This document shows positions 11,227 to 24,660 of a DNA stretch of 64,000 nt, piece after piece. Both the position numbers and the translations under genes were made by a program. The notes beneath the pieces were generated by a model. It was not told the DNA's origin. It saw only the letters and a list, made by a program, of their open reading frames with translations, and made no database searches. The stretch's first letter is position 1; each line of letters starts with the position of its first letter. The stretch is from Eledone cirrhosa (taxonomy: Eukaryota): positions 61,070,001-61,134,000 of the forward strand of contig OZ024740.1 of the NCBI GenBank assembly GCA_964016885.1, given 5' to 3'.

Positions 11227-13394
11227 TGCAGACATGGCTTAGTGGTAAAGAAGTTCACTTTACAGTCATGAGGCCCTGTGTTTGGTCACACTGCATGGCA
11301 TCTTCAACAAGAGCCTTTATACATAACCTCAGGTTGACCCAGACCTTTTGAGTGAAATAGAGAACCAGTAGGGAAGCCTGTCACCCTTTTGTGTTTGTTT
11401 TTCATGAGAGCATGGGTTGGGCAGGTTGTCACAACAGAAGACTACATCATGCCCATATGTTTCATTTTAGTATGGTTTCTATGGCTGGATGCTCTATATA
11501 CATATCAAAACCTCACCAACACCAATGTCATTGTTCCTGCTCCTCTCACCTTGTTTGTACCTAAACTTATTCAACTGGATTTTTTCCATTTATTTTCAAC
11601 ATCTACTTTCTTCACCTGTGACCTGACCTGGTCTTGCAACTAGCTTTAATCATACAGTACTTCTTCCCAACTCACCCCTCCAACCCTTTCATTTTCTCAT
11701 TTACATTCTTACTGTCTATAGTGATAACACACACTTTTGATCATGCAGAACATGTGTTCGTAACTTAGATTTCATTATTTGTGATGGATTACATACACCT
11801 TAGCTGTTGGATTTAACTACAAGCAGTATCTTACATCATCCTTATTCAAGATGACTGGAAAGAGGCTGTCATGTGACAGTAACGTGAATAGGAGTGATAA
11901 AGGGATCTCATTGGATGTTAAGCTTATTGTTTGACAAACCTTTGCTATGGGAAAAAAAGACAAAACAGTAAAGCCTGCAACGTGGGAACATTACACTAAA
12001 GATAAAATTAGTTTAAGTGACTTCACAGCTTTTTGTTAACTGTTCAGATATTATTTTTTCATAGATTTCATGATGTGTAATGATTCCTGAGAGTATGGAT
12101 TGACATCAGACAGTGATTTAAGTGAATGTTAAAAATTTGTAAGATGATTTGTAGGAAAAGAAGGAGAAAAATATTTCACTGAACTGTACCAAGATATGAT
12201 GCACTGTACATTTTCTTCACCCCTCAAGTAAATGATGATGATGATAAACTATAAGCAGAATACAGTAACTCCCATTGCAGCAGCTCCTTTCATCATCATC
12301 ATTTTATGTCTTCTTATCCATGCTTGTATAGTTTGGGTGGGTCTTTTCCAGCACATCATCCCTCCACTCATTACGTTCCTTTATCACCTCCTTTGAAAGC
12401 TTCAGGGTTTTGAGATCAGCTCTCACCATCTCCACCCATCTCTACAGTAGTTTCCTTTCACTGTAATTTCTTGACACTTCTTCAACCAGCGATCATCATC
12501 CATATGCATCACATGTCCTATCAGCACAGTTTTCTCTCTTGTATTTTAAAATCAGTGTTCACAACATATCTTCCTAGGTCTACTTCTTCTACAAGTCCCA
12601 TTGAAATTTCTCTATCATTATCATTAGTCCATTTTTTCATGTTGGAATAGGTTAATGTTTTGGACAGGTTGTCACAGACCAAATCAATACTTAATCAGAG
12701 CCATTATCCTCCCAGACGGGTTGAGAGCAACCTTTCATTTACATATGTTCTAGGTTGAGCATAGTTTCTGTGGTTTGATGCCCTTCTTATCACCAACAGA
12801 GGGTACTAGCTGCATTTTATCAACACCAGGGAGGTTGCCATGTCCTTGACACAACCAAAGTTCTTGACTTGATTGAAGAGCACTCTCTACCTTAGGTTAT
12901 TGTTACTAGCTGAATGTCACCCACTTCACAGAATACACTGAGTGCATTTTATAGTGGCATCAGCGCATGTCCCAAGGCAGGTGTGTCAGGATTGAGAACA
13001 GCAGGAAAGGGAATTAAGATGGATTTCAAGTATGATGTCATAGATGTATGACAATTGTATGACAATTGGGGTAGGATGAGGGTATGAGTAATATGGGAGA
13101 GAGTGGTGGGGTACAGCGATAATAAAAATAGCTATTAAAGAATATGAAATAGGCCAAAAGTCACATATGCTATATTGTTGTGACACAGAGAATGTGTTAA
13201 ATAGTGGCAAGGAGAAGAGAAATAAGGGTGTAGCAGATACTGTAGCAAAGATGAAGGAAACAGTGGATTAAGTAAGGGTAAATTGGCATCTTTCTTTTAT
13301 ATGCATAGGTGAGTCATTTCTAGTACCACATGTCACCAGTTATCACAGTCCTTTGTTATCTTTGTCATAAGGTTCAGCTTCCTAAGATCAGTCT

Positions 13395-13580
13395 TGGATT
13401 GGCAGTATCGGTAGAGGGTCGGACGCCATGTTTTGCAGCATAGAGTTACGGACCTTACGGTCTGAGTTCAAATGCCACCGAGGTTAACTTTCTTTCATCC
13501 TTACGGGGTCGATAAAATAAAGTACCAGTAATACACTGGGATAATTGCTGGCCTTGTGCCAAAGATAGAAACAATTATAT
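13395..13580 (+). mobile_element. tRNA-derived SINE
   Basis: B-box-like gagttcaaat and body ctttcatccttacggggtcgataaaataaagtaccag, also near 31800, 34200(-), 47900(-) and 48600. Confidence 0.7.
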
Positions 13581-14270
13581 CATCTCATGTCTTCCTAGGT
13601 CTACCACTTCAAAGATCCCATCCACTGAGATCACCCTGGATTTCTATTACCAGTTGTCATTTTCCATATATATCACATGTCCATACCAGCACAGTCTTCT
13701 CCCTTGCATGCTGCATCTGATTCCTTATATCACACCACGTTCTTCTCATAGCTTGATTATGCTATGCTGTTTATGCACACTAATATTACATATCCACTAA
13801 AGTATACTCAATTTCTTTCAAGCCTTCACAGGACTTCTGCAGTCAAGTCTCATGAAATACTGCTATGTAACATCGCAGTTCACATGCAAAAATCATAGTC
13901 TACCCTTCACATCGAGAGAGAAGCCCTTTGTTATCAACAGAGTTATTAGCTTCCTAAACTTCTTATAGCCCATTCTTACATTAACTACTACATTTTCAAA
14001 GCACCCTAACCAACTGCTGATTAGGTCATCTCAGTAACACAAGTTGTGAACAACTTCTAGGGAGCCCCATGGGCAATTGAAGGAATCTATTTCACGTGCT
14101 TTTAGTGCTTACTTCTCCTGTGTATCTGTCGCATATAAAGTCTACCTTTAGTCCCATTACATCTTTTCTGCATCTATATTTTACGCTGTGTGCACTTTAT
14201 AGAAATTCTGCCCATCCCTTTTCAGCCTATCGAGCAAGGTCATATCTCTGGTAGTATTAGATGGCATCAA
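13580..14270 (-). mobile_element. Degenerate RTE LINE 3' coding fragment
   Basis: Similar to the region encoding [11 protein letters not shown] and RLRWYGHV in the RTE copies at 53.5 kb and 63.2 kb. Confidence 0.6.
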
Positions 14271-16031
14271 CATGATTTTACGTCCGCTTTCCCATGCTTA
14301 TATATATAGAGAGAGAACATTACATGAAGTGTTGAAGAAGATAACAGAAAATCCCCTATCTGATCTTGATAGCACTCCTAGATATTTGTTATTTTACTCG
14401 CTTTACATTCCTTTAACAGGGAGGAGTAGTTATCTTAAGGAAAAAATCATTCATTTACAAATTCCTAAGTATTATTTGAAATGAGTTTCAGCATCTAAGC
14501 CAGATAATGTACATAAAATAATTATTTTCATTTCGCACCCATCCCTATCTGCGGCAAATTATTACTTTATTGAAACTAACATCGCTCAAATATATTTGGT
14601 ATTGAGAGAAGTATGCTGGAGGAGATTACCACTCACTCTTACCAAAAATAGTATTTTCTTTTGACTAAACACAAGGTATTTTACGGAAGAGACAAGATGA
14701 AAATTGGTGGCGTTCATACAATTATACACTAAAAAATTAAGTTTATCCAAACATTTCGACGAAAGAAACTTTAAACTACTTAAATATTATAATAAAGTCC
14801 CACATTTATTTGACCACGATACTTGATTATTTCAATAAATACCTAACAGAGCAACAAGGCAAGTGAATCGAAATACCTTTAAACATGTATTGAAACATTC
14901 CGTGATGATCCGTAATGTAATAAAATAAAAATACAAAAAATATATTAGTTTCATTGGCATATTTTCTCTAATAACGATTTCTAACATTATCTGTATATCA
15001 CAATGAATGGGTATATTTTTATTTGATTTTGTTTAATTCTTAAACACAAACATTATCGCTGGAACTGCGAGATATGTCCCAAGTCACATTGGTCATCGTC
15101 CAAAGCCCGACTTCTTAATGCAGCACATCTAAACCCCTTACACACAAAATGAAGGCTCCCTCCACATCTATCCTTACATCTACATCAACTGGAATCAATT
15201 AACTTCGACGACTAGATTGATGGAAAGATTAATAAATAACACCATAAACAACGTTAGCATCTAAAAAAACAAAACAACAATAGATGAAATCTGCCAAAGT
15301 TTGACAACTGTTTTGTTTTGAAAATATGTTTCGCACATAATATACATTGGTTTTGAAAGATTGTTTGTACAAAAGGTATTACAATCTTGGTTTCCCGGTA
15401 AGAAATTTATTGGGAAACAGAAATTGAAAAATTCCGACAAGATTTTTTAAATAACAAGTTTTAAAATATCGATTTTTGTAGAAAGAAATCGCGATAAAAA
15501 AAATTCATGGTTCCGAAGTGGGGGTTCATTTAAGCTTCTGCTTGGATTTACAAAATGTTGAATGTGGACAAATTCGAGGGTGGAGCCCAGATAAAGTTAT
15601 CGACTCGGGAAATCTATACCAACTCATATTAGATTTTTTTAAAAAAGCCCACGTAAAATAATATTTATTTTAACAACATAAACCATGTCTAAAAAAATGA
15701 CAAATCTTGTTAGTTATGTTAAAAACATTAGAAATTCTACGGAGGTTGTCAAAAGAAAAATGATTATTTCAACTGTCACAAGTTGTGAACGGTAAAGGAA
15801 CACAGAACGATAGAAACCAAAACCTCACACTGGATAAGACGAATATTGTAATAAATCGTTCACGTAACAGACATCTTCATAGAAACAAAGCGTGACTCAG
15901 ACGCAGGGAATTCCATACCATTTAATCGGAGATGTCATATCTTTCCAAGTTTTGTAGAGAAAATGTCCAATAATAAGTAAACATATCTTAATATACAAAG
16001 CATTATTATAATCAGAATACTGTAACCTTAC

Positions 16032-16130
16032 CTTAGCGTGACGATAATTTTCCGCAGATACATTGAAGTTAGCGGGGAAACTTGCGATAAATAATTACAA
16101 TAGTTGTGGAAGGCGCTATGGCTAAGTATG
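16032..16130 (-). other. Putative untranslated first exon / promoter of the zinc-finger gene
   Basis: Strong donor AAG|GTAAGG at 16032/16031 within a locally CpG-retaining, repeat-poor region (about 14.5-16.2 kb). The link to the 2986 acceptor and the 5' end are inferred. Confidence 0.4.
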
Positions 16131-16484
16131 GATAGCTAATGGTGACATAAACTATCAGCAAACATTTCAAATAGAAAGTGCTTTCTTTAAAATATTCCAA
16201 GATTATTATCAAATATATATATTTGTTTCAGTGGGAATAATTATCTAATTAAATTCCTCACATTTCATTAGAACCAAAAAACAAAAACAAAAAAAAAAAC
16301 ACTGAAAATTATATTTTGAATAAATTTTTCATAATTAAAAGTATTTAAAGAAAATAGCAGATTTTTAGTCAAAAGATTCCACGCATACATATACACATGC
16401 ATACTCACACTCATACTCACATACACATGCATACATACACACATACATACATGCATACATACATACAAACATACATACAAACAA

Positions 16485-17040
16485 ACATGGTGGCTGCCAA
16501 CTCGTTTTCGAGTACGGCCACTACTTTATATCCATGTAGGAGAACCCCCACCGATGCGCTGAACGAGTGTGACTCTCTAGTCCAGCCAGCAACTTGAAAA
16601 CTCTGGTACAAACACTACACTTGTGACAATTATTGACACATAGTGCTGGGCCCATGGTACCCTGTGACGACAAGTGCAGAGAGATCTCCAGATATAAAGC
16701 AATGCCTGTGCCATGAAGCTTTTATAGTGAGCAAAGGCACTGCACAAAGCCAGTCGCACTCTCTTAACCAAGATGATATTTACCAAAAAGAAGGACAAGT
16801 CAACATCATTGGATACCATCAGGGTTGCAGGTGTTATATCAGAGTTTTCCTTCTCCTAGAATTCTGCCTTGACAAAGGCTAAGGGGTCATCTCTCCCGGT
16901 GATTTTGGATGGCCATTGACTCTTAAGAGCTCCTTTGCCTTTTGACAGGTTTTGTTTTTAGTCCTGCAGGATGTCCAAAGTCACCCTCCTCACCAAGAAA
17001 CCTTGGTGGGTTGCCAGTTTAGTCGCCAACGACCCGACCA
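16485..17040 (-). mobile_element. ~550-bp non-coding repeat, copy 1 of a tandem pair
   Basis: Nearly identical to 17406-17959; flanked by (TACA)n. Confidence 0.8.
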
Positions 17041-17354
17041 AACATACACATACACATACATACATACATATATATATACATATACATACATACATACACA
17101 TACACACATACATACATACATATATATATACACATACATACATACATAGATACACACATATACATACATACATATATATATATATACATACATACATATA
17201 TATACATACATACATACATACATATATACATACACATACATACATACATATATACACATACATATACACACATACATATATACATACATATACATACATA
17301 CATACACATATACATATACATACATACATATATACACATACATACATACATACA

Positions 17355-17386
<32 letters not shown>

Positions 17387-17405
17387 CATATACATATATA
17401 TACAT
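17041..17405. repeat. Compound (TACA/TA/CA)n microsatellite
   Basis: Directly visible. Confidence 0.95.
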
Positions 17406-18015
17406 ACATGGTGGCTGCCAACTCGTTTTCGAGTACGGCCACTACTTTATATCCATGTAGGAGAACCCCTACCGATGCGCTGAACGAGTGTGACTTTTTA
17501 GTCCAGCCTGCGACTTGAAAACTCTGGTACAAACACTACACTTGTGACAATTATTGACACATAGTGCTGGGCCCATGGTACCATGTGACGACAAGTGCAG
17601 AGAGATCTCCAGATATAAAGCAATGCCTGTGCCATGAAGCTTTTATAGTGAGCAAAGGCACTGCACAAAGCCAGTCCCACTCTCTTAACCAAGATGATAT
17701 TTACCAAAAAGAAGAACAAGTCAACATCATTGGATACCATCAGGGTTGCAGGTGTTATATCAGAGTTTTCCTTCTAGAATTCTGCCTTGACAAAAGCTAA
17801 GGGGTCATCTCTCCCGGTGATTTTGGATGGCCATTGACTCTTAAGAGCTCCTTTGCCCTTTGACAGGTTTTGTTTTTAGTCCTGCAGGATGTCCAAAGTC
17901 ACCCTCCTCACCAAGAAACCTTGGTGGGGTTGCCAGTTTAGTCGCCAACGACCCGACCATGAGACAGATTGTACTGGCATACATGTTACCAGTAGCACCA
18001 ACTGGTGACCTGACA
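17406..18015 (-). mobile_element. ~600-bp non-coding repeat, copy 2 of the tandem pair
   Basis: Nearly identical to 16485-17040 and extends about 55 bp further, as does the 9870 copy. Confidence 0.8.
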
Positions 18016-18039
18016 TTCATACATACATACATCCATACA

Positions 18040-18815
18040 TACATCTTGCCACCAGGAAGGTGGCCGGTCAAGAAAATATACTCGAAATTAAGAGAAAGAG
18101 ATAACATACATACATACATACATACTAGGAAAGATAGCCCTGACAATAAACACATTAAAAGTTACAGCAATGTGGAAGACATATACATACATAATATGAA
18201 AAACTACTGATGGAATATTCCAGTCAAAATCCCAATAAAACCAAACATAACAGACCAGATATAATGATATGGAACAGGGAAAAGAAGGCATGCAGACTAG
18301 TAAAGATCAGCTGCCCTGCAGATGCCAATATAATATTAAAGATCAGTGAAAAGGAGAATATATATACAAAACTAATGAGAGATCTGCAGATACTCCACCC
18401 TGACTATACCTTCAGATTTATGCCTGTGATTATTGGGGAACTGGGATATGTTAGTAAGTGCCTCAGTACAAATCTTGAAAAGCTGGGCTTCACAGGAACA
18501 GAAAGAACACAACTAGTTAGGAAATTACAAGTACAATCCATTAATGGAACAGTAAAAATATGTAAAACATTCCCAAAATTCTGCATCTAATAACTGCATA
18601 TACACATGTACATATACAAAGAATATGCACATGCACACATGTAGCTCAAAACATACACATCTACACATACAACAACATCCATACCTGCACTCACATGCAC
18701 ATATACAGAGATGCATACATATTTACTTAGTTGGTGTTCTGTAAATTCCAATCAGAGAGTCTTGTATCTATGTTAGAAAGCAACTCTCTATTGGTAAAAA
18801 TTTATAAAATTATAA
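18040..18815 (+). mobile_element. R4/Dong-like non-LTR retrotransposon 3' end (restriction-like endonuclease and 3'UTR)
   Basis: HNRPDIMIW...KISCPAD...EKENIY...PVIIGELG, a PD-(D/E)xK restriction-like endonuclease pattern. Confidence 0.75.
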
Positions 18816-19145
18816 AACCAGAAGAACATAAATCTTTTCTTTGTTGATGACCAGAAATTGTATGGGCCAAATATTAAGCACATAAAAAAACAATTCAACT
18901 CCCTCATTACCAAATTTTCTACAGATATTGGAATGAAATTTGGTGAGACCAAATGTGAATTTTGTTGTGGCTATCCTAACACCAACATTTGGCCCGCTGA
19001 ACTGGTCATTGCAAGAACTGAGCAAGGTGGATTTAAGGACTCACAAGGAGCTAAGTGTTATTGGAAACTTTAACATCAATGGTGATGTGGATAGGCTATA
19101 CTTCTCATACAAGAAGGGTGACTGGGGCCTAAAATCCATATTAGC
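18816..19145 (+). mobile_element. R4/Dong-like RT fragment, internally deleted and frameshifted
   Basis: FVDDQKLY, DIGMKFGETKC and DVDRLYFSYKKGDWGLKSI motifs. Confidence 0.7.
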
Positions 19146-19224
19146 ATTCCCTGTTTGTTTTTTTAATCACATACATACATGCATACACACATACATACCT
19201 ACATACATACATGGAATAGAATAG

Positions 19225-19540
19225 AAGGCACTTTCGTTGGTACGACGACGAGTGTTCCAGTTGATACTATCAACGGAACAGCCTACTCGTGAAATTAATG
19301 TGCAAGTGGCTGAGCATTCCACGAACACTCGTACCCCTAACGTAGTTCTCAGGGAGATTCGGTGTGACACAGAATTTGACAAGGCTGTCCCTTCCAATTA
19401 CAGGTACAACACATTTTTGCCAGCTGAGTGAACTGGAGCAACGTGAAATAAAATGTTTTGCTGAAGGACACAACTCACCACCGAGAATCGAAATCCCGAC
19501 CTCACGATAGAATTCCCTAACCACAAAGCCACGCACCTTG
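19225..19540 (-). mobile_element. tRNA-derived CORE-like SINE
   Basis: Colinear with 48040-48362 (-) and 34390-34690 (+); tRNA-like head and tttatttcacgttgctccag body. Confidence 0.75.
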
Positions 19541-19617
<77 letters not shown>

Positions 19618-19774
19618 TACATACATACATACAAGAGAAGGAGGATATATATGGACTATTGATGAGGAATTTGCAGATCCAGTATCCAAAAATTTACACC
19701 TGAAGATGTCACTGGATTCGACGGCCGGCCCCTGTCTATATATAGAGGCAGGCGAGCAGTGTGGCAACACACTA

Positions 19775-20382
19775 CTTATGAAGCATTTCACCCCAGCACA
19801 TAAATATAGTAAAATTTTAATAGAAATACCATTAAAATTTCTTACTCTACGACTCCTAACCTTGCACATAACATCACAGCTTCAAATTTAGCTAAATTAC
19901 CTAGCCGTAGGAACACGTGCAACCCTGTAGCTAGTACTAACTGTAATTGTAGGAATAGGGTTGACTACCCCCTATCCGGGAAATGCTTCTCTAGTAACAT
20001 TGTCTACAAATGTAAGGTTGAAACACCCACGTCCCGTAGGGCCTACATAGGGTTAACCGCCAATAGATTCAAGCAGTGTTTTTACGTGCATACCCATTCT
20101 TTTCCTTACCCTTTAAGAATGAATATGACGTCACTTTCAGCTTATATCTGGAGTCTAAAAGACAACCACACCCAATATAAGTTACACTGGGAGATCCTAG
20201 CTAAAGCTAGATCGTATAACGGAAATAAAAGACCATGTGACCTCTGCGCCGCTGAGGCCCTGGAAATACTCTACGCCAAAGACCACATCTTAAACAAAAA
20301 ATCTGAGGCAATTTCGGCTTGTAAACATAAATTGCACAAAACTTTCCTGTATTACAGCCCCACATTATACCCTAACGGATAG
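19775..20382 (+). mobile_element. Penelope-like element C-terminal region with GIY-YIG endonuclease (frameshifted)
   Basis: KHFTPAHKYSKI/NRNTIKISYS..PN, then CNCRN...PLSGKC..NIVYKC...AYIGLT..RFK...LSAYIWSLK...CDLC..E...LNKKSE...CKH. Confidence 0.8.
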
Positions 20383-21274
20383 TACGAACTATACGCGGAT
20401 ATTTTATGTCTTCATGTGGTAGCTAAGTATATGTTACGTTTATACCATTACTTATTTGTATAGGTAAGTATATATTACCTGTATGTTTTGTGAAGGTATG
20501 TATACTTTCTCGTACATATATTTGCTTGTATATGTTATGGCGTATATATTATACATACTGGTACATATGCATGAGGTTACGTGTATACGTGAGTTTCGCG
20601 TCTGTGTGAGTATGCGGGTTCGTACGTATGTAGGGTGTATGTATATGTGTACTTTGTGTTTTGGTTGACATACGTCTGCGAACATATGTGTTTTTACATG
20701 TAGGTATGTGTGCGCACGCGATATATACGTATTTATTTATATACGTTTATTTAATTATATGTATACACGCACACACATATATATATATATTTTTTTATAT
20801 ATAATTTTATGTGTATTTGGTGTATACGTTCGTATGTGTGCGGGTACAGGCGTTGCGTGGGTTTTTTTGTGTACGTGCTTGTATTTACCCTGGCGAGTGT
20901 TTTCGCGTATGCTTGTGTATGTACGTATATGGATGCGGGCATGTATATATTTAATTTTTGTTGATTTCAATTACCTCTGTAATTTATTTACATTATTCTT
21001 AACTCTGAAGCCGAGAATAATTCGGTTTGCTAAATAGAATTTTAGTCTACGACTTCAGTTATACCATTTACGTGGTTTTGTCTTTGCGTGCAATTGTTCT
21101 CAATATTCCACATAATGTTGTATTATCTTCGTTTTTTCCGTTCATTGACAGAGAACGTCTCCATGAATCACCTAATAGAATATTAGTTTACGACTTCATT
21201 TATGCCATAAACGTGTTTTTGTCTTTGCGTGTAATTGTTTTTAAAAGATTACATTTATATATATATATAAATAT

Positions 21275-21392
21275 ATATTTATTAAAATAACAGATTAAAG
21301 TTTAAGCAAAGAATCGCTGCTTTCACCCTTAACGTTAAGGGTGAAAGCAGCGATTCTTTGCTTAAACTTTAATCTGTTATTTTAATAAATAT
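21275..21392. repeat. Perfect 118-bp palindrome
   Basis: Arms match base for base around the centre AACGTT (21331-21336) with no spacer. Confidence 0.95.
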
Positions 21393-21553
21393 TTGCTCTA
21401 CGGTTCTTATATATTTGATATATATTTATCCTTATCGAGCCCTCTTTGGATTTTAGTCTTCAAATTTATTATTATTACTATATATATATTTTTTTCTTCC
21501 TAATAATCATCTTTTTCTCCCTGTTTTCATATATATATATATATATATATATA

Positions 21554-22282
21554 TGACGGAATACTCCTATATTTTACCGGCGAAGATTCGAAACCGAATC
21601 TGACGTTTCTTGCATCTGAGACCACCCATTATAGGAGATTTCCCACCGTTGTCCTGTCAAGTCAACGATGATAAACGTAAATACCACGTGACCTCTGATC
21701 CCACCTGCCTAGGAGACGATATCCACATGGCTGATTATAAATCAACCTCATATACACATCCTTCTAACTTTAGCACTATTATAAATACAAGGAGTTAAGG
21801 AATCTAGAAGCAGAGAGACCGAAGCAAGCAGTCCGTGTTAAGCTTAACGATGTAGCAGACCGTTCACTCTATCTCTCTCCTGGCCCTTACTGACTTCCAC
21901 CTTACTGGTCAAAGACACAGCCAGGCAGCCAGCAGCATCCTTGAGAAGAAGAATATATTCTAAGAATAGGCACACACACACACACACACACACAGAAAGT
22001 TCATATTGTTTACATTCTATGCTCACCCTATTCTTCCTGTCATATTGTATCTGTAAGATACAACACAACTTTTACTATATCGTTTTCTGTGATACATGCA
22101 TTTGCGCTAACTCGTAGAAGTTAGTCAACTAAATAATGTAGGAGTAATTCATGTCATAAATATTATTACTCGATGTTCAAAGTGAATATTGTTGTTATAA
22201 AATAAACGTTGTTAACAACTCAATCATGACATTATTCTTTTCATCAAAACATCCATCAAAAGAATACCACTTATCCACTACA
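21554..22282 (+). mobile_element. Probable solo LTR
   Basis: Starts TG, ends CA, TATAAATA near 21780, AATAAA at 22201, CpG-retaining, flanked by microsatellites. Confidence 0.45.
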
Positions 22283-22596
22283 CACACACACATATATATA
22301 TTATAAAGTGAAATGACAGGAGGCCAAATATGTTGAATTTCCTAATTTTTTTATTACAACACTATGCACATTTCAGTGGCCAGGTTGCATAAGAACCCAG
22401 TAAGCACACACCCTAGCTACACCACTGAGGCCAACGAGTCCCACACGTGCTAATGTCCATGTTTTGGGGGATTTCCATTGAGGAGGCTTATTTGCCCTTT
22501 TATTTAGTTTATTTTCTCTAATGTCGAAATTCGATGAAGCCTCAAACTTTCGCATAAATTTCAAATTTCGCTCATCGTTTCTAAAACACACACACG

Positions 22597-22636
<40 letters not shown>

Positions 22637-22722
22637 AAAACTAGGCGACTATATTTAGTATGCATATCTTCTCCAACTTTTTTCGTCTTAAAAAAATGGT
22701 TTGTCTCTTATAAATCATCGAT

Positions 22723-22794
<72 letters not shown>

Positions 22795-22809
22795 GGATAA
22801 CAAGATGTA

Positions 22810-22852
<43 letters not shown>

Positions 22853-22854
<2 letters not shown>

Positions 22855-24434
22855 CCTTAGCAACCCCACTGAAGATGCTCTTCAGAAGCTCCTTGGCTAG
22901 CGGTGTACTACCCAGGGAGCTGAAAGAAGGCACAATATGCCCTATCCATAAAGGAGGTAGTAGAGCGGAGGCCAAGAACTATAGGCCAGTCTCCCTGACG
23001 TCGCATATCAGTAAGGTCATGGAGCGAGTCGTCAGAAAGAAACTAATCACTTTCCTCGAGGAAAATGACCGCCTGACTAGCACGCAACATGGCTTCCGCC
23101 CAGGAAGAAGCTGCCTTACACAGCTGCTACATCACTACGACTGGGTACTGAGACAACTACTAGACAGCTCACATGTGGACGTGATATATCTTGACTTTGC
23201 GAAGGCCTTTGACAAGGTCGACCACGGAATGATGTGTCACAAACTACACGGACTCGGCATAACTGGAAAAGTAGGTGAGTGGCTGCATGGCTTCCTAAGG
23301 GACAGAAGCCAGGCAGTCGCAGCAAATGGGGCCCTCTCGAGGGAAACACCAATAACAAGTGGGGTGCCCCAGGGGACAGTCCTGGGACCACTACTGTTTT
23401 TGGTGGCTCTCTCGGACATGCCCTCTGTGGTGCATGCAACAACATCCCTCACTAGCTATGCTGATGACACTAAGGTAGCACAGGCAATCAAAAACCCGGC
23501 TGACGCTGCCCTTTTACAGCAGGATCTGGATGCCATATACAAATGGGCGGAAGAAAACAACAAGCAGTTTAATGCTGGCAAATTCCAAGTCCTACAATAC
23601 AAACCTGCAAACACAAATATAGTGGAACACAGCTACACAGGACCAGGTGGGACCGATATCCCCGTGTCAAAATCGATACGAGACCTGGGCATAGACATGA
23701 GCGATGATGCATCTTTTTCTTCACACATCATGAAGGTGGCAACAATGTGCAGACGACTCGCTGGCCGGATCTTGAGGACTTTCCGGACAAGAGATCGAGA
23801 CACCATGTTGACACTGTGGAGGACTTTTGTCCTAAGCCGCCTGGACTACTGCTCCCAGTTGTGGTCACCCCATAGTGTCAGACTAACCACGGAGCTTGAG
23901 GCAATCCAGCGAAGCTACACCAAGAGGATTGCCAAGATGAGGGAGACAAGCTACTGGGAGTGGCTAAAGGAACTGAACCTCTACTCCTTGGAGCGAAGAC
24001 GGGAGAGATACGCAGTGATCTACATGTGGAAAATCCTGGAGGGACTAGCACCAAACTTTGGCATTGGGAGCTGGACCAACCGTCGAACAGGACGTCACTG
24101 TGTGGTGCCAAAGGTCCCGTCTTCCACATCTAGAATAAGGAGCAGGTATTGCAATAGCCTGGGATTCAAGGGCCCTCAACTCTTCAACAGGCTGCCGAGC
24201 CGATCTGAGAGACTTGCATGACGTGGAGGTGGATGTCTTTAAGAAACATCTCGACACCTTGTTATCCAGGATCCCGGATGAGCCCACAGCAAGACACGAG
24301 GGAAACCTAAGGGCAGCAGCAACGAACTCCCTCTTACACCAGTGGCCAACCTATACAGGCTGGAGATAAAATGCGTAGCAACAAGGGCGGTGCCCCAGCA
24401 TGGCCTCAGCCGGATGGCTGAAACAGGTAAAAGA

Positions 24435-24436
<2 letters not shown>
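22853..24436 (+). mobile_element. 5'-truncated CR1/L2-group LINE (RT ORF 22875-24221, frameshift near the C-terminus, 3'UTR)
   Basis: [35 protein letters not shown] and YADD motifs; tail IPDEP...NSLLHQ in another frame; inserted in (TA)n. Confidence 0.92.
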
Positions 24437-24491
<55 letters not shown>

Positions 24492-24620
24492 GGATAACAA
24501 AATATCGTTATAGGTAATCAAGTGTTCAGCAATTTTTAGACAACTTAATCAGTGAAACAATTGTTAGACTGTAAATAAAACCCTTTTTTGTACTGTTGAC
24601 CATGTTATTCTTCACTCTTT

Positions 24621-24660
<40 letters not shown>

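Noticed and set aside
16952-17532. Long ORFs rich in Y/I/H/T or M/Y/V/C
   Set aside because: Translations of the (TACA)n/(TA)n microsatellite.
17925-18015. Possible HDV-like ribozyme on the minus strand (gg-gtcgttggcgac-taa-actggca)
   Set aside because: No convincing P1 5' strand or P3/L3 could be assigned by eye.
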